Assembly: GCA_963696385.1 (NCBI GenBank)
Contig: CAVOKF010000001.1
Coordinates: forward strand, 160,001 to 224,000
Length of the DNA: 64,000 bases
Reading direction: 5' to 3'
Source of the DNA: an uncultured delta proteobacterium
Lineage (GTDB): Bacteria > Myxococcota_A > Polyangia > Polyangiales > Polyangiaceae
Within the stretch, counting starts at the first letter, position 1, and each line of letters begins with the position of its first letter. Position numbers and translations under genes: made by a program. The notes under the pieces are model-generated. The model was given only the letters and a program-made list of their open reading frames with translations. It was not told where the DNA came from and did not search any database. Shown here in pieces: positions 52,134-61,660 of the stretch.

Positions 52134-53239
52134 GCGAGCCTCCGGCGAAAGCGCCACACGGCTATGGCCAGAAAAACTGTGGCGAATCCGGCGAGGGCTA
52201 CGACGTCGCGCCCGAGCACGTCGAGACCGTTGCCCTTGAGCAGGACTCCACGCAGCGTCGTGAGGTAGTAGCGGCCCGGCACGACCATCGAGAGAGCTTG
52301 CAGCCACCGAGGCATGTTCGCGATCGGAAACATGAAGCCGCTGATCATCGCGACTGGCATGTACGACATCATCAGCGCGAACTGCACGGCGACGAGCTGA
52401 CTTTTTGCGATGACGCTCGCGATGAGCCCCGACCCGAGCATCGCCAGCAAGAACAGCATCGAGCACCCGAAGAGCGTCAGGAGCGATCCGCGGATCGGGA
52501 CACCGAACATGTACGAACCGAGGGTGACGACGAGTAACGTTTGCACGAACCCGAGGCCGGCGTACGGCACGAGCTTGCCGGCGATGATCTCCGACCGCAA
52601 TACCGGTGTCGCGAAGAGCTGCTCCATGCTCCCGCGCTCCCACTCGCGGGCGATCGTCAGCGCTGTGAGGAGCGACGCGACCATCGCGAGGATGAGTACG
52701 ATGACACCCGATACCATGTTGTAGGTGGAGCGCATGGTCGGGTTGAACCGGGCCCGAATCTTCGGCCCACTGCTGAGCGAGGCTCGCACGGCGCGCACCG
52801 CCGACGTCGCTTGCAGGATGCCGGCGGCATCGCCCAGTGCGATCGTCGCGGTCGTCCCATCGCTGCCGTCCACGAGGAGCTGTACGGCCGCAGGAACGCC
52901 GCGCGCGAGGTCGCGCGCGAATTCCCGCGGAATGACGAGAACGGCCTTGACGCGCCCGGCGCGCAACGCGGCCTCGGCATCGTCGGGGGAGCCGAGATCG
53001 GCTTCGCGCACGAAGTCTCCTCCCGCCACGAGCGCTTGGCTCAGGCGCCGCGACGTGGGCGTCCCATCCTGATCGGCGACGGCCATCGGGATATGACCGA
53101 CGTCTTGTGAGATGCCGTAGCCGAAAAGCATCAGCATCACGACCGGCAGACCGAGGGCCATGTAGACCGCGCGCGCGTCGCGGATGATGTGCAGGACTTC
53201 CTTGTGCGCGACGGCCATCGTTCGGCGAAGCGACTTCAC
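52130..53239 (-). CDS. ABC-2 transporter permease (YbhS-like)
   Basis: KEVLHIIRD, AREWERGSMEQLFATP. Confidence 0.92.
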   Translation of the reverse strand: MKSLRRTMAVAHKEVLHIIRDARAVYMALGLPVVMLMLFGYGISQDVGHIPMAVADQDGTPTSRRLSQALVAGGDFVREADLGSPDDAEAALRAGRVKAVLVIPREFARDLARGVPAAVQLLVDGSDGTTATIALGDAAGILQATSAVRAVRASLSSGPKIRARFNPTMRSTYNMVSGVIVLILAMVASLLTALTIAREWERGSMEQLFATPVLRSEIIAGKLVPYAGLGFVQTLLVVTLGSYMFGVPIRGSLLTLFGCSMLFLLAMLGSGLIASVIAKSQLVAVQFALMMSYMPVAMISGFMFPIANMPRWLQALSMVVPGRYYLTTLRGVLLKGNGLDVLGRDVVALAGFATVFLAIAVWRFRRRLA

Positions 53240-54198
53240 GACGCCTTCGCTCCCCCGGGTGCGTGGCTCGGTTTTGCGGCGCCGACGACCTGCAGAAAGA
53301 CGTCCTCCAGGGTGACTTCGGCATCGATGACGCCCGTCACGCGCACCCCGCGGTCGGCGAGCGCAGCCCGCAGTTTTTCTGCGTCTGGCCCATCTTGGGC
53401 AACACGGACGTGAAGTGCCGCGCCGAACGGCTCGACGTCGAGCAGCGCAAGTTCGGTCGCGACCTTTTGCACCTCGGGCGCGGTAGTGCCTTGAACTTCG
53501 TACATCCGCCCGGGCACGATCGTCCGCTTCAAGCTCTCGGGTGTATCGAGCGCGGCGAGCTTGCCTGCGACCATCAGGCCGACGCGATCGCAGTATTCCG
53601 CTTCGTCCATGTAGTGAGTCGTGACGAAGATTGTCGTCCCGGCTTCCGCGAGGTGGCGGATGACGCGCCAAAACGTGCGGCGCGCCTCCGGATCGACACC
53701 GGCTGTCGGCTCGTCCAGGAAGACGACCTGCGGTTGGTGAAGAAGGGCGCACGCGAGAGCCAGGCGCTGCTGCAGGCCGCCCGGAAGCGACCCCGTCAAT
53801 TCACCCGAGAGGGTTTCGAGCGCAAGATCGTGCGTGACGGCGTCGCGTCGCGCACGAAAGACCTTGCCGAAGAGATCGTACGCTCCGCCGAAGAACTCCA
53901 GGTTCTCCGCAACCGTCAGATCGAGGTACAGCGAAAACTTCTGGGACATGTATCCGATGGCGTGGCGTACGGCACCGGGCTTGTGGACGACGTCGACTCC
54001 CGCGACGGTCGCCTCGCCGCTCGAGACGGAGAGCAGACCGCAGAGAATTCGAATCGTCGTCGACTTGCCGGCACCGTTTGCGCCCAGATAGCCGAAAATT
54101 TCCCCTTTTTTCACCTCGAAGGAAACGTCGTCCACGGCGACGAAGGCTCCGAACCGCTTCGTCACGGCCTTCACGCGAACCGAGACGTCTTCGCTCAC
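53236..54198 (-). CDS. ABC transporter ATP-binding protein
   Basis: GANGAGKST, LPGG, FLDEPT. Confidence 0.94.
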   Translation of the reverse strand: MSEDVSVRVKAVTKRFGAFVAVDDVSFEVKKGEIFGYLGANGAGKSTTIRILCGLLSVSSGEATVAGVDVVHKPGAVRHAIGYMSQKFSLYLDLTVAENLEFFGGAYDLFGKVFRARRDAVTHDLALETLSGELTGSLPGGLQQRLALACALLHQPQVVFLDEPTAGVDPEARRTFWRVIRHLAEAGTTIFVTTHYMDEAEYCDRVGLMVAGKLAALDTPESLKRTIVPGRMYEVQGTTAPEVQKVATELALLDVEPFGAALHVRVAQDGPDAEKLRAALADRGVRVTGVIDAEVTLEDVFLQVVGAAKPSHAPGGAKAS

Positions 54199-55151
54199 GA
54201 AACGCTCTTCTTTTCGTGCACGGATTCTGCGCGCTCGCGCAGACGCGTCAGAAATAGATCCTCGAAGGTCGCCGTCGCCGGGGAGGTCGTGGCGCCCAGA
54301 ACCGACAGGGTCTTGAGCACGGCTTGCTGGCGGTCCTTCCGAACGACGACACGCAGCTCGGCTCCCGCCGGCGTGGACGCCAGCACATCGGCGTCCTTCT
54401 CGATGGCCTCGGCGACCTTGCTGCGCTCGCCGTGCACGCGAAAGACGGGATGCGCGAAGGCTCGGAGCATTTCGCTCGGCTCACCTTCCTCGAGCAGTCG
54501 TCCCTCGAAGAGCAGGCCCGCACGGTGGCAGCGCGCAGCCTCGTCCATCGTTGGCGTGGCGATCAGGATGGCCATCCCCTCGGAGAGGAAATCATGCAGA
54601 AGGTTCCAGAAGTCGCGGCGGCTCACCGGATCGACGCCGTTGGTCGGCTCGTCGAGCAAGAGGACCTTGGGTTCGTTCAAGAGCGCGCACGACAGCGCGA
54701 GCTTCTTGTACATGCCGCCGGACAGGGCCTCGGCGCGCCGGTCCTTGAACTCGCCGAGGCGCGTGATCGCGAGGAGCCGATCGCGACGCGTGCGGAACGC
54801 CTCGCGCGACAGGCAGAACATCTCTCGAAAGAAGGCGAGGTTCTCGGCCACGGTCAGGTCCCCGTAGAGGCTGTACTGCTGCGGCATGTACCCGAGCGTT
54901 TCGCGCACACGGGCATCGTTGCCGAAGGGGTCGAGCCCGACGAGGCGGACCTGGCCGCCGGAAGGGTCGAGCAGTCCGGCGATCATTCGCAGGGTCGTCG
55001 TCTTGCCTGCGCCGTCGGGCCCGACGAGGCCGTAGATCTCGCCGGCGGTCACGCGCAGGGACAGCCCGTCGACCGCTTTTTTCACCTTATTTTTCGCCTT
55101 GAAGGTGCGTCGTAGATCGGTCGCCTCGATCCGCAGCTGCGCCTCGGTCAT
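54195..55151 (-). CDS. ABC transporter ATP-binding protein
   Basis: GPDGAGKTT, LSGGM, LLDEPT. Confidence 0.94.
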   Translation of the reverse strand: MTEAQLRIEATDLRRTFKAKNKVKKAVDGLSLRVTAGEIYGLVGPDGAGKTTTLRMIAGLLDPSGGQVRLVGLDPFGNDARVRETLGYMPQQYSLYGDLTVAENLAFFREMFCLSREAFRTRRDRLLAITRLGEFKDRRAEALSGGMYKKLALSCALLNEPKVLLLDEPTNGVDPVSRRDFWNLLHDFLSEGMAILIATPTMDEAARCHRAGLLFEGRLLEEGEPSEMLRAFAHPVFRVHGERSKVAEAIEKDADVLASTPAGAELRVVVRKDRQQAVLKTLSVLGATTSPATATFEDLFLTRLRERAESVHEKKSVS

Positions 55152-56194
55152 TGCCAGCTGCCTTCGATCGTGATTTCGACGGGCATCCCCGACCGCAGCC
55201 GCATGTCCGCGTTCGGGATGCGAACTTCCACCGCATAGACCAAGCGCTCGCGGTCCTCCCGGGTCTGAACGTTGCGCGGCGTGAATTCGGCGCGTGGCGA
55301 AACGTAGAAGATCGTGCCTTCGAAGATCTGCCCCGGATAGGCATCCGCGACGACCTGAACCTTCCGACCCGGCGCCGCGGCGGCGAGCTCCGCGTTGGGA
55401 AGGTAAAAGCGCGTGCGCCCCTCGGTCACGTCGGTCAGCGCGATGACGTTGGTGCCCGGTTGCACGGCTTCGCCGGGACGGAAATTGAGCGAGACGACCA
55501 TCGCATCTCGCGGCGCGAGCAACTTGCACTCGCCCACCGTGACCTGCGCGCCGAGGACCGCCGCTCTCGCGGCTTCGACACTGTCTTCGGCAGCGATGGC
55601 CTTCGATTTCGCCTCCGTGCCCGAGGCCCAGAGTGCGCCGGCCTGGTCTTGGATCATCGACTCGATGGCGTGCTGTTCGGCAATCTGATTTTCCACCGCG
55701 AGCTCCTTCGAGCGGGCTTCGTCGAGCGCCGACGCGGAAAGTGTCCCACGCTCCACGAGCTGCTCGGTTCGCAGAAGTTCGAGCCGCGAAAGCTCCTCCT
55801 GGGCCTTGAGGACATCGATTTGCGACCGGGCCGCAGTGACGTTTTGAGAGGCGCCCGTCGCGTTCTGCGACGCCGATTTCACGTTCGATTGCGCGGCTTT
55901 GTGGCTCGACTGCTCGGCCGCGAGCTGGGCTTTCAACTGACTGAGCGTCGCTTCCGCCTCGGTGCAATCGAGCTCCACGAGGACGTCGCCCTGCTTGACC
56001 ATGTCGCCCTCGCGCACGTCGAGCTTCACGATTCGGGCGGCGATGCGGCTCGTGGCGTTGACGTCGACGCCCTCGATGACGCCGCTGCCGCCGGCGGGCC
56101 CGTGCTCGGCGGCGCGAAGATGCCGCACCAAGACGAGCAGAGCGACGAGCAGGCCACCGGCCAGGATGCTGATGAGGATCAGAGCCCGCTTCAT
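55148..56194 (-). CDS. HlyD family membrane-fusion protein (YbhG-like)
   Basis: SGVIEG, VREGDMVKQGDVL, AEFTPRNVQT, GMP. Confidence 0.92.
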   Translation of the reverse strand: MKRALILISILAGGLLVALLVLVRHLRAAEHGPAGGSGVIEGVDVNATSRIAARIVKLDVREGDMVKQGDVLVELDCTEAEATLSQLKAQLAAEQSSHKAAQSNVKSASQNATGASQNVTAARSQIDVLKAQEELSRLELLRTEQLVERGTLSASALDEARSKELAVENQIAEQHAIESMIQDQAGALWASGTEAKSKAIAAEDSVEAARAAVLGAQVTVGECKLLAPRDAMVVSLNFRPGEAVQPGTNVIALTDVTEGRTRFYLPNAELAAAAPGRKVQVVADAYPGQIFEGTIFYVSPRAEFTPRNVQTREDRERLVYAVEVRIPNADMRLRSGMPVEITIEGSWQ

Positions 56195-56291
56195 GACGGT
56201 TGCTTCGAGATATCCCGGCCTGTGGCGTGATCGACGCGTGCCATCGCCTTGGTCGGCTCCTTCGAGGGTCTGCTTCTTGCGTGCGCTTCTT

Positions 56292-56306
56292 GCACGCCGG
56301 GTGCCA
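56292..56306 (-). promoter_or_regulatory. Putative sigma54 promoter for ABC exporter operon
   Basis: TGGCACCCGGCGTGC on the minus strand. Confidence 0.55.
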
Positions 56307-56565
56307 GCACACCGCACGAAGGCGCTCGCGCGATGCCAGAAACCGCTGCGGCTTGAGACGCGGGTGCTGGACAACGTCTCCCGACGGCGCAGGCTCGTCA
56401 CGCATGATACGGAGGTATTTTCTCGTATAGAAGCGCAAGCCGTATAGAAGCGTCGCGCCGAAGAACGCCGCCGAACGTGGAACGGAGGTGTGGCTCCCAA
56501 GGCGAAGTGCGAAGACGGATGCGCTTTAGCAGGCATTTTGCCAAATGCGCCGAATCTTCGCGGAA

Positions 56566-57255
56566 TCACCGAGTCGCAGCGGGAGCTGGGAACCCAATCT
56601 CTTGCAGTAACCCCTTTAGGCCGTTCCAGCCAATCTGCACCCCGATGCTCAGCACGATGAATGCCGACAAGCGCAATACGACGAGCATGCCGCGGCGTCC
56701 GATGCGGGCGGCGAAGCGCTTCGCATAGCGGTAGGTGAGCAGGATGGACAACGCGACGACGCCGCAGCCGATGACGGCGGCCAAGATCTGGATCAACAAA
56801 CGATTGAGAGTGTGTGCGTGGTTGGCGCCGATCGCGACGGCCACCGACATGACGCCCGGATCGACCGTCAGCGGCATCGTGAGCGGGTAGAACGATCGCG
56901 CGAGTGCGGCGGCCGAGGCTTCGCGGGGATCGACCTTCATTTCGGATCGGTTCGCATCGTCGTTCAGGAGCTTCCAGCCGAGCGAGCACACGAGCGCGCC
57001 ACCCGCGACCTGAATGACCGCTACGGACAATTCGAACAGGCGCAGCACGAGCGAACCGAACAGCATGGATCCGAACAACAGCGCGAACGAGTAGACGGAG
57101 ATCACCTTGGCCAGTGTGGTGCGCGTCGCGTCATCGCAGCCGGCCGTCATGCGCAGAAACAGGGGTGCGTCACCCACGGGATTGACGACGGGGAGAATGG
57201 CGCCGACGATCAGTAGGACCGCCCCTAGCAGTTGAGTGCAGTCGGTCCAGACCAT
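56566..57255 (-). CDS. MarC family membrane protein
   Basis: VVNPVG..PLF, IQVAGG, FYPLTMPLTVDPG, RLSAFIVLSIGVQ. Confidence 0.9.
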   Translation of the reverse strand: MVWTDCTQLLGAVLLIVGAILPVVNPVGDAPLFLRMTAGCDDATRTTLAKVISVYSFALLFGSMLFGSLVLRLFELSVAVIQVAGGALVCSLGWKLLNDDANRSEMKVDPREASAAALARSFYPLTMPLTVDPGVMSVAVAIGANHAHTLNRLLIQILAAVIGCGVVALSILLTYRYAKRFAARIGRRGMLVVLRLSAFIVLSIGVQIGWNGLKGLLQEIGFPAPAATR

Positions 57256-57476
57256 GCCCTACGCAACCCTCCTCGGCTGAGTATCGCAGTCCACCGACGA
57301 GCGCCACGCATCCGAGCTCGCGCTGCTGCGCCCCGCCCGTCTTTGCCGCCCGCCCCGCCGCGCCCTCACGAGAAGAGAGCGAGAGGCCAATCTCACGACA
57401 GCGAGACGGGCACGAAAGCGAGACGGGCCATCCTCACGAGAGCGAAGACGGGAGCCGTTCGGTGTCGGTGCGCCGT

Positions 57477-57866
57477 TTACCAGGGTTCGCGGCAGACGAG
57501 GCCCCCCGACGAGGACAGCGAGATCGCCGTCAATCCCAAGTCGGCTCGGGTGAGCTGCTGCCCTCGGGCCGGGCACAGGCTGAGCGAGTAGGGCGGCAGG
57601 ATCGGCCCGCTCGGCGGCGGCTCCCAAACGGTGACGGGTGCGCGCACTTCGTTCGGAATGCAGGGCGGCAACTGACCGCGCAAGACTTGTCCTTGCGGAA
57701 AGCTGGCGCGTTCGCAAGCGTCGTGACCGTTGGCAATCACGTCGTGCACTCGCGACTCCGGAGTCGCGCCGCCAAGCACCGGGGCGTTGGCCAGTCCGAC
57801 TTGAAGGTTTGAGCTGCAGCCGACGAGGCATGCACACGCTACAAGGCAATAACGGATTCGATCCAC
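57477..57866 (-). CDS. Hypothetical Cys-containing lipoprotein
   Basis: Lipobox LVGC; AAGGAG upstream. Confidence 0.55.
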   Translation of the reverse strand: MDRIRYCLVACACLVGCSSNLQVGLANAPVLGGATPESRVHDVIANGHDACERASFPQGQVLRGQLPPCIPNEVRAPVTVWEPPPSGPILPPYSLSLCPARGQQLTRADLGLTAISLSSSGGLVCREPW

Positions 57867-58105
57867 CCATGGCGAACGCTCCTTGACGCAAGACGCGCCT
57901 TGAAACGAGCCTGTTGCGACCTACCCCTAGTGTAAGACTGAAAGGGTCGAGTGCCCGTTAACCGATCGAAATAAGCTTGTTGCACTTGCTGAGCTCGAGC
58001 CCTCGTAGCTCGAGCGGGCGAGGGCATCGCGATAAGCGGCGGTGCGCAGGCGCTCGCGCTGTGCGGTCGACGTGAGGCGGCAGGCTCAGCCGCAATGGGT
58101 GCGAC

Positions 58106-58120
58106 GGGCACGGCTTATGC
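58106..58120 (+). promoter_or_regulatory. Putative sigma54 promoter
   Basis: GGGCACGGCTTATGC. Confidence 0.5.
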
Positions 58121-58166
58121 TGCCGGGGGGTGCAGGATCGCATAGGAGGAGGTTCAACGTGAAACC

Positions 58167-58268
58167 ATGAACCGGTTCCGAGTGGCGCCAGGGCACAAGC
58201 TACGACTGAACGACGTCGATCCGGGGTTCACGGATCACCACGGTGGAAGTGACTTGGAAGCAGAATGA
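58167..58268 (+). pseudogene. 33-aa ORF resembling the PPK2 N-terminus, coupled to MFS start
   Basis: MNRFRVAPGHKLRLNDVDPGFTDHH vs IERFRVVPGSTVKLTEIDTRFTAHH of ppk2. Confidence 0.55.
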
Positions 58269-59563
58269 AGGACACGGGCAGCGACGCCCTTTCGAGCACG
58301 GAGCGACGACTCATCCTTCTCCTCGGCGTTCCGAGTGCCGGGCTGTCGGCGTGCCTTACGGTCCTCTCCACGTACGTTCCGGTGCTGGCGCGCCGGTTTA
58401 CCGCGTCGACCGCAGTCATTGGCGTGCTCGTCGGGGGCGAGGGGCTCATCGCGGTGCTCATCCCCGTCTGGGTGGGCCGATTCTCGGATCACTCCGACAC
58501 TCGGTGGGGTCGCCGCGTCCCGTTCCTGTTGGCGACCGCGCCCGTCGCGGCCCTGGCGCTCGCCTTGGTGCCCTTCGCGCCGTCGCTGTCCGTCATGGCC
58601 GTGGAGGTGTTCTTCTTTTATCTCGCGTACTTCACGTACTTCGCGCCGTACCAAGCTCTCTACCCCGACCTCGTCTCGGAGGCTGCGAGTGGCCGAGCGC
58701 AGGGAATCCAGGGCGTCTTCAGCGAGGTCGGTCTCGGCTTGGCGCTCGTCGGTGGAGGGTTTTTGCTCTCGCTGTGGCGGCCGCTGCCTTACCTAGGCGC
58801 GGCGGCCACGCTGCTTCTGTCGACGGTCGTCCTCGTGCGGGGGCTCAGCATTGGCGGGCAAGCTCAGCGGGGTCCCGCTTCCAAGCGCGATCGACGCTCG
58901 CCTGCTGCGGAGGTCTGGGCGCTTCTGCGCGGCCATCGCGAGATCCGAACCTTCGTGTTCGGCAACGCACTTCTGACGCTCGGCCTCGGGGGTCTCAAAA
59001 GTTTCGTCGTGCTTTGGCTGACCGAGGGGCTCGGCAAGAGCATGAATTTCACCGCGGGCGCGATGAGCGTGGTCGCGCTCGGAACGGTCCTCGGCGCGTT
59101 GGTGTCCGGCAAACTCGCGGACCGAACCGGTACGGGCCCCGTCCTTTGCATCGCTCTCGCCGTGTTCGGCATCGGGATCGCCCTCGGTACCTGGTCGAGG
59201 TCCACGGTCCTGCTCGGCATCGCGTTTCCGATCATCGCGCTCTCTGCGGGGGCGGCGGTGGCCTTGCCCTACGCGTTGCTCATGCAACTGATGCAGTCGC
59301 GTCACCATGGCACGATGGCCGGTCTCTACGACGTGAGTAGCGGCGTCGGGACGCTCCTCGGGCCGACGATCACCGGTGTGGCCATCGATCTCTTGCGGCC
59401 GCAATTCGCGTCTACGCACGGATATGCGGCGATGTGGCCCGTGCTCAGCGTGTCGATCCTCGCCAGCGCGGTGATGCTGTGGCATGCCGCCGCGCTCGGG
59501 CGTTCTCCAGGCCCATCCGTCTTTGCGTCGCAGCGGCCGTCGCAGCGGCCTACCGCTCGGTAG
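58265..59563 (+). CDS. MFS transporter (GPH/sugar-like)
   Basis: GRFSDHSDTRWGRRVPF, GKLADRTG, ~12 TM. Confidence 0.9.
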   Translation: MKDTGSDALSSTERRLILLLGVPSAGLSACLTVLSTYVPVLARRFTASTAVIGVLVGGEGLIAVLIPVWVGRFSDHSDTRWGRRVPFLLATAPVAALALALVPFAPSLSVMAVEVFFFYLAYFTYFAPYQALYPDLVSEAASGRAQGIQGVFSEVGLGLALVGGGFLLSLWRPLPYLGAAATLLLSTVVLVRGLSIGGQAQRGPASKRDRRSPAAEVWALLRGHREIRTFVFGNALLTLGLGGLKSFVVLWLTEGLGKSMNFTAGAMSVVALGTVLGALVSGKLADRTGTGPVLCIALAVFGIGIALGTWSRSTVLLGIAFPIIALSAGAAVALPYALLMQLMQSRHHGTMAGLYDVSSGVGTLLGPTITGVAIDLLRPQFASTHGYAAMWPVLSVSILASAVMLWHAAALGRSPGPSVFASQRPSQRPTAR

Positions 59564-59774
59564 GCCTGCGATCGGACGGCAGGCCGTGCCTGCGAGGTCT
59601 TTGCGGTTTGCAAAGAGTCGGCAATGCGCGAAGCGCGCGGTCGGTCGCTCAGTCGGTCCACGTCCGTCGATAACCAAGGCCGAACCAAGCACCGCCGCAT
59701 CCCGTTCGTCCCCGCACCCATCGAGGCACCCTCGGCGCTTGGATCGCGCCGGTCCGACGGGCGACTCGTGCGGC

Positions 59775-59789
59775 AGGTATGCCAATTGC
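59775..59789 (+). promoter_or_regulatory. Putative sigma54 promoter
   Basis: AGGTATGCCAATTGC. Confidence 0.55.
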
Positions 59790-59802
59790 AGAAGAGCGCC
59801 CC

Positions 59803-59973
59803 ATGCGACAAACGCTAACCTGGACGGCCATGGTGTTCGCCATCTCCGCCTCCGCCTGCTGGCACGAAGACCGGCCCGGCGCGGCGTACTACGATCACCA
59901 CCACGACGGCGACCACCACGATCAAGGCGACCATCACGACGACCATCACGACGACCATCACGACCAGCACTGA
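59803..59973 (+). CDS. Small His/Asp-rich lipoprotein (56 aa)
   Basis: ASAC lipobox-like site then DHHHDGDHHDQGDHHDDHHDDHHDQH. Confidence 0.7.
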   Translation: MRQTLTWTAMVFAISASACWHEDRPGAAYYDHHHDGDHHDQGDHHDDHHDDHHDQH

Positions 59974-60081
59974 GGTTTGCCGGACCCTTCGAACCGGCAC
60001 GCGAGCGGGTCGACTTGCGATGTCAACGAACAGGGCCCCGACGATCGCGCGCCGCAACCGCTGAACGCGCCACGCGCACAG

Positions 60082-60096
60082 CGGCCCGCTCCTTGC
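60082..60096 (+). promoter_or_regulatory. Putative sigma54 promoter
   Basis: CGGCCCGCTCCTTGC. Confidence 0.5.
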
Positions 60097-60128
60097 TCCG
60101 TGCTTCGTCCACGAAAGGCTGGTGGACC

Positions 60129-60422
60129 ATGACCCTCTTGGAATTCATCGTGTACCTCGTCATCGCTGGTGTCTGCGGAGCCATTGCGCGGGCCGTGGCA
60201 GGGGGTAGCGGGGGCGGGTTCGTCATCTCCCTGCTCGTCGGCTTCCTCGGCGCCTTCGTCGGTACCTGGCTGGGGCGTCAGTTCCATCTGCCGGCGTTCG
60301 TCGTCGTGAGCATCGGCGGGCATCCCTTCCCGATCGTATGGTCCATCGTCGGCGGCATTGTGCTCGTAGCCCTCGCGCAGATGTTCGTGCGACCGCGCTA
60401 CATCCATCGCTACGGGGAGTGA
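60129..60422 (+). CDS. GlsB/YeaQ/YmgE stress-response membrane protein
   Basis: LVIAGVCGAIA, LLVGFLGAFVGTWL, SIVGGIVL. Confidence 0.88.
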   Translation: MTLLEFIVYLVIAGVCGAIARAVAGGSGGGFVISLLVGFLGAFVGTWLGRQFHLPAFVVVSIGGHPFPIVWSIVGGIVLVALAQMFVRPRYIHRYGE

Positions 60423-60479
60423 CGGGCGGCCTTGACTCGGCTTTGCTCTTCCTGCAAGCGATCCCGCGTAGTGAGCCTT

Positions 60480-61349
60480 CTAGCCGACTCGACCCGTGAC
60501 GCACTTCTCGATGCGCGCCAAGCGAGTCAGAAGGCCGGCTTCGAATTCTTCGACCTTGCAATGCAGCGCGGCGACCTCGAGCTCTGCCTTGAGGTTCACG
60601 CGGTATTCGATGTCGTTGCGAGCCCGGTCGCGCGCAACCTGGCGGTTTTGCGACAGAAGCACGAAGACCGAGAGAATGATGGCCTCCAAAGAGACCGCCA
60701 TCGTGAGCAGCCCGAATGGATACGGGTCCCAACCCCCAAAAGGGGTATGCGACAAGGGGCCGACGTTGTCGGCAATCCACAAGAGGAAGACGAGGCAGTG
60801 AATGAGAAGAAAGGGAATGCTGCCGGAGAACTCGCTAATCGTGTCGGCTACCTTCATCACGCGCGTCCGACGGTCCTGCTCCTCTTCATTGAAATTTCGC
60901 GACGCGGGGTGGCGCAGCAGCCGCGCGGACTCGCGCAGCCGCTTTCCGGTCGCCGCCAAGAGGTCGAGCGCGGCGGGGGGATGCACCCTCAGGAATTCGT
61001 CGAGATCGCCCCGGTCGACGACGAGTGCCTCGACGTCGTCGGTCGCCATCGCCGACGCTGTGCGGGGACCGCCGTCGAGGAGCGACAGCTCACCAAAGAA
61101 ATCACCCGCCCGCACCGTTTCGATGACAATGCGGTCGCCAAAATCGTTCGTGAGCGACATCTCGACCTCGCCCGATCGCAGGACGAAGAGGGCATCGCCC
61201 GGCTCGCCGATGCGGAAGATGAGCGTCCCTCGCGGGAATGTCACGACGTCCAGACGCTCGGCAAGCGCCGAGCGCTCGTTGTCGTCAAGCAAGGCGAAGA
61301 GCGGGATGTCGGCGAGAAGATCGACGGAGGTGACCATGGGTCCGCCCAT
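60480..61349 (-). CDS. cNMP-binding domain + DUF1003 membrane protein
   Basis: GDFFGELSLLDGGPRTASA; DPYPFGLL..SLEAI..LLSQNRQ..D..VNLKAELE. Confidence 0.9.
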   Translation of the reverse strand: MGGPMVTSVDLLADIPLFALLDDNERSALAERLDVVTFPRGTLIFRIGEPGDALFVLRSGEVEMSLTNDFGDRIVIETVRAGDFFGELSLLDGGPRTASAMATDDVEALVVDRGDLDEFLRVHPPAALDLLAATGKRLRESARLLRHPASRNFNEEEQDRRTRVMKVADTISEFSGSIPFLLIHCLVFLLWIADNVGPLSHTPFGGWDPYPFGLLTMAVSLEAIILSVFVLLSQNRQVARDRARNDIEYRVNLKAELEVAALHCKVEEFEAGLLTRLARIEKCVTGRVG

Positions 61350-61578
61350 GTTGAGTCCAAACTCGCGACGACGGCCAGTCCTTCTATGGATCCGTCAGTC
61401 ACCCGGCCGTTTGTTTCAGGCCCTCTTCGCGATTGCGCATGATCTGCGCCGATCGACGACGCTTCCGCGACGGCGGTCGGCCGCTGTCTCCGAAGCAAGA
61501 GGCAGTCCACCCATATAGGTAAAACGGCACGCGCCTAGCCGCACTCCGACCCCGGCGACGACGACCCCCCCGCGTCCT

Positions 61579-61593
61579 TGGCATGAGTTCTGC
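61579..61593 (+). promoter_or_regulatory. Putative sigma54 promoter
   Basis: TGGCATGAGTTCTGC. Confidence 0.55.
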
Positions 61594-61660
61594 GAGTGCC
61601 GTCTCGGCGCCGCGATCGCGTTGGGTTCCGACGCGCGCGGCCTAGAGTGAGTTTGTCACC

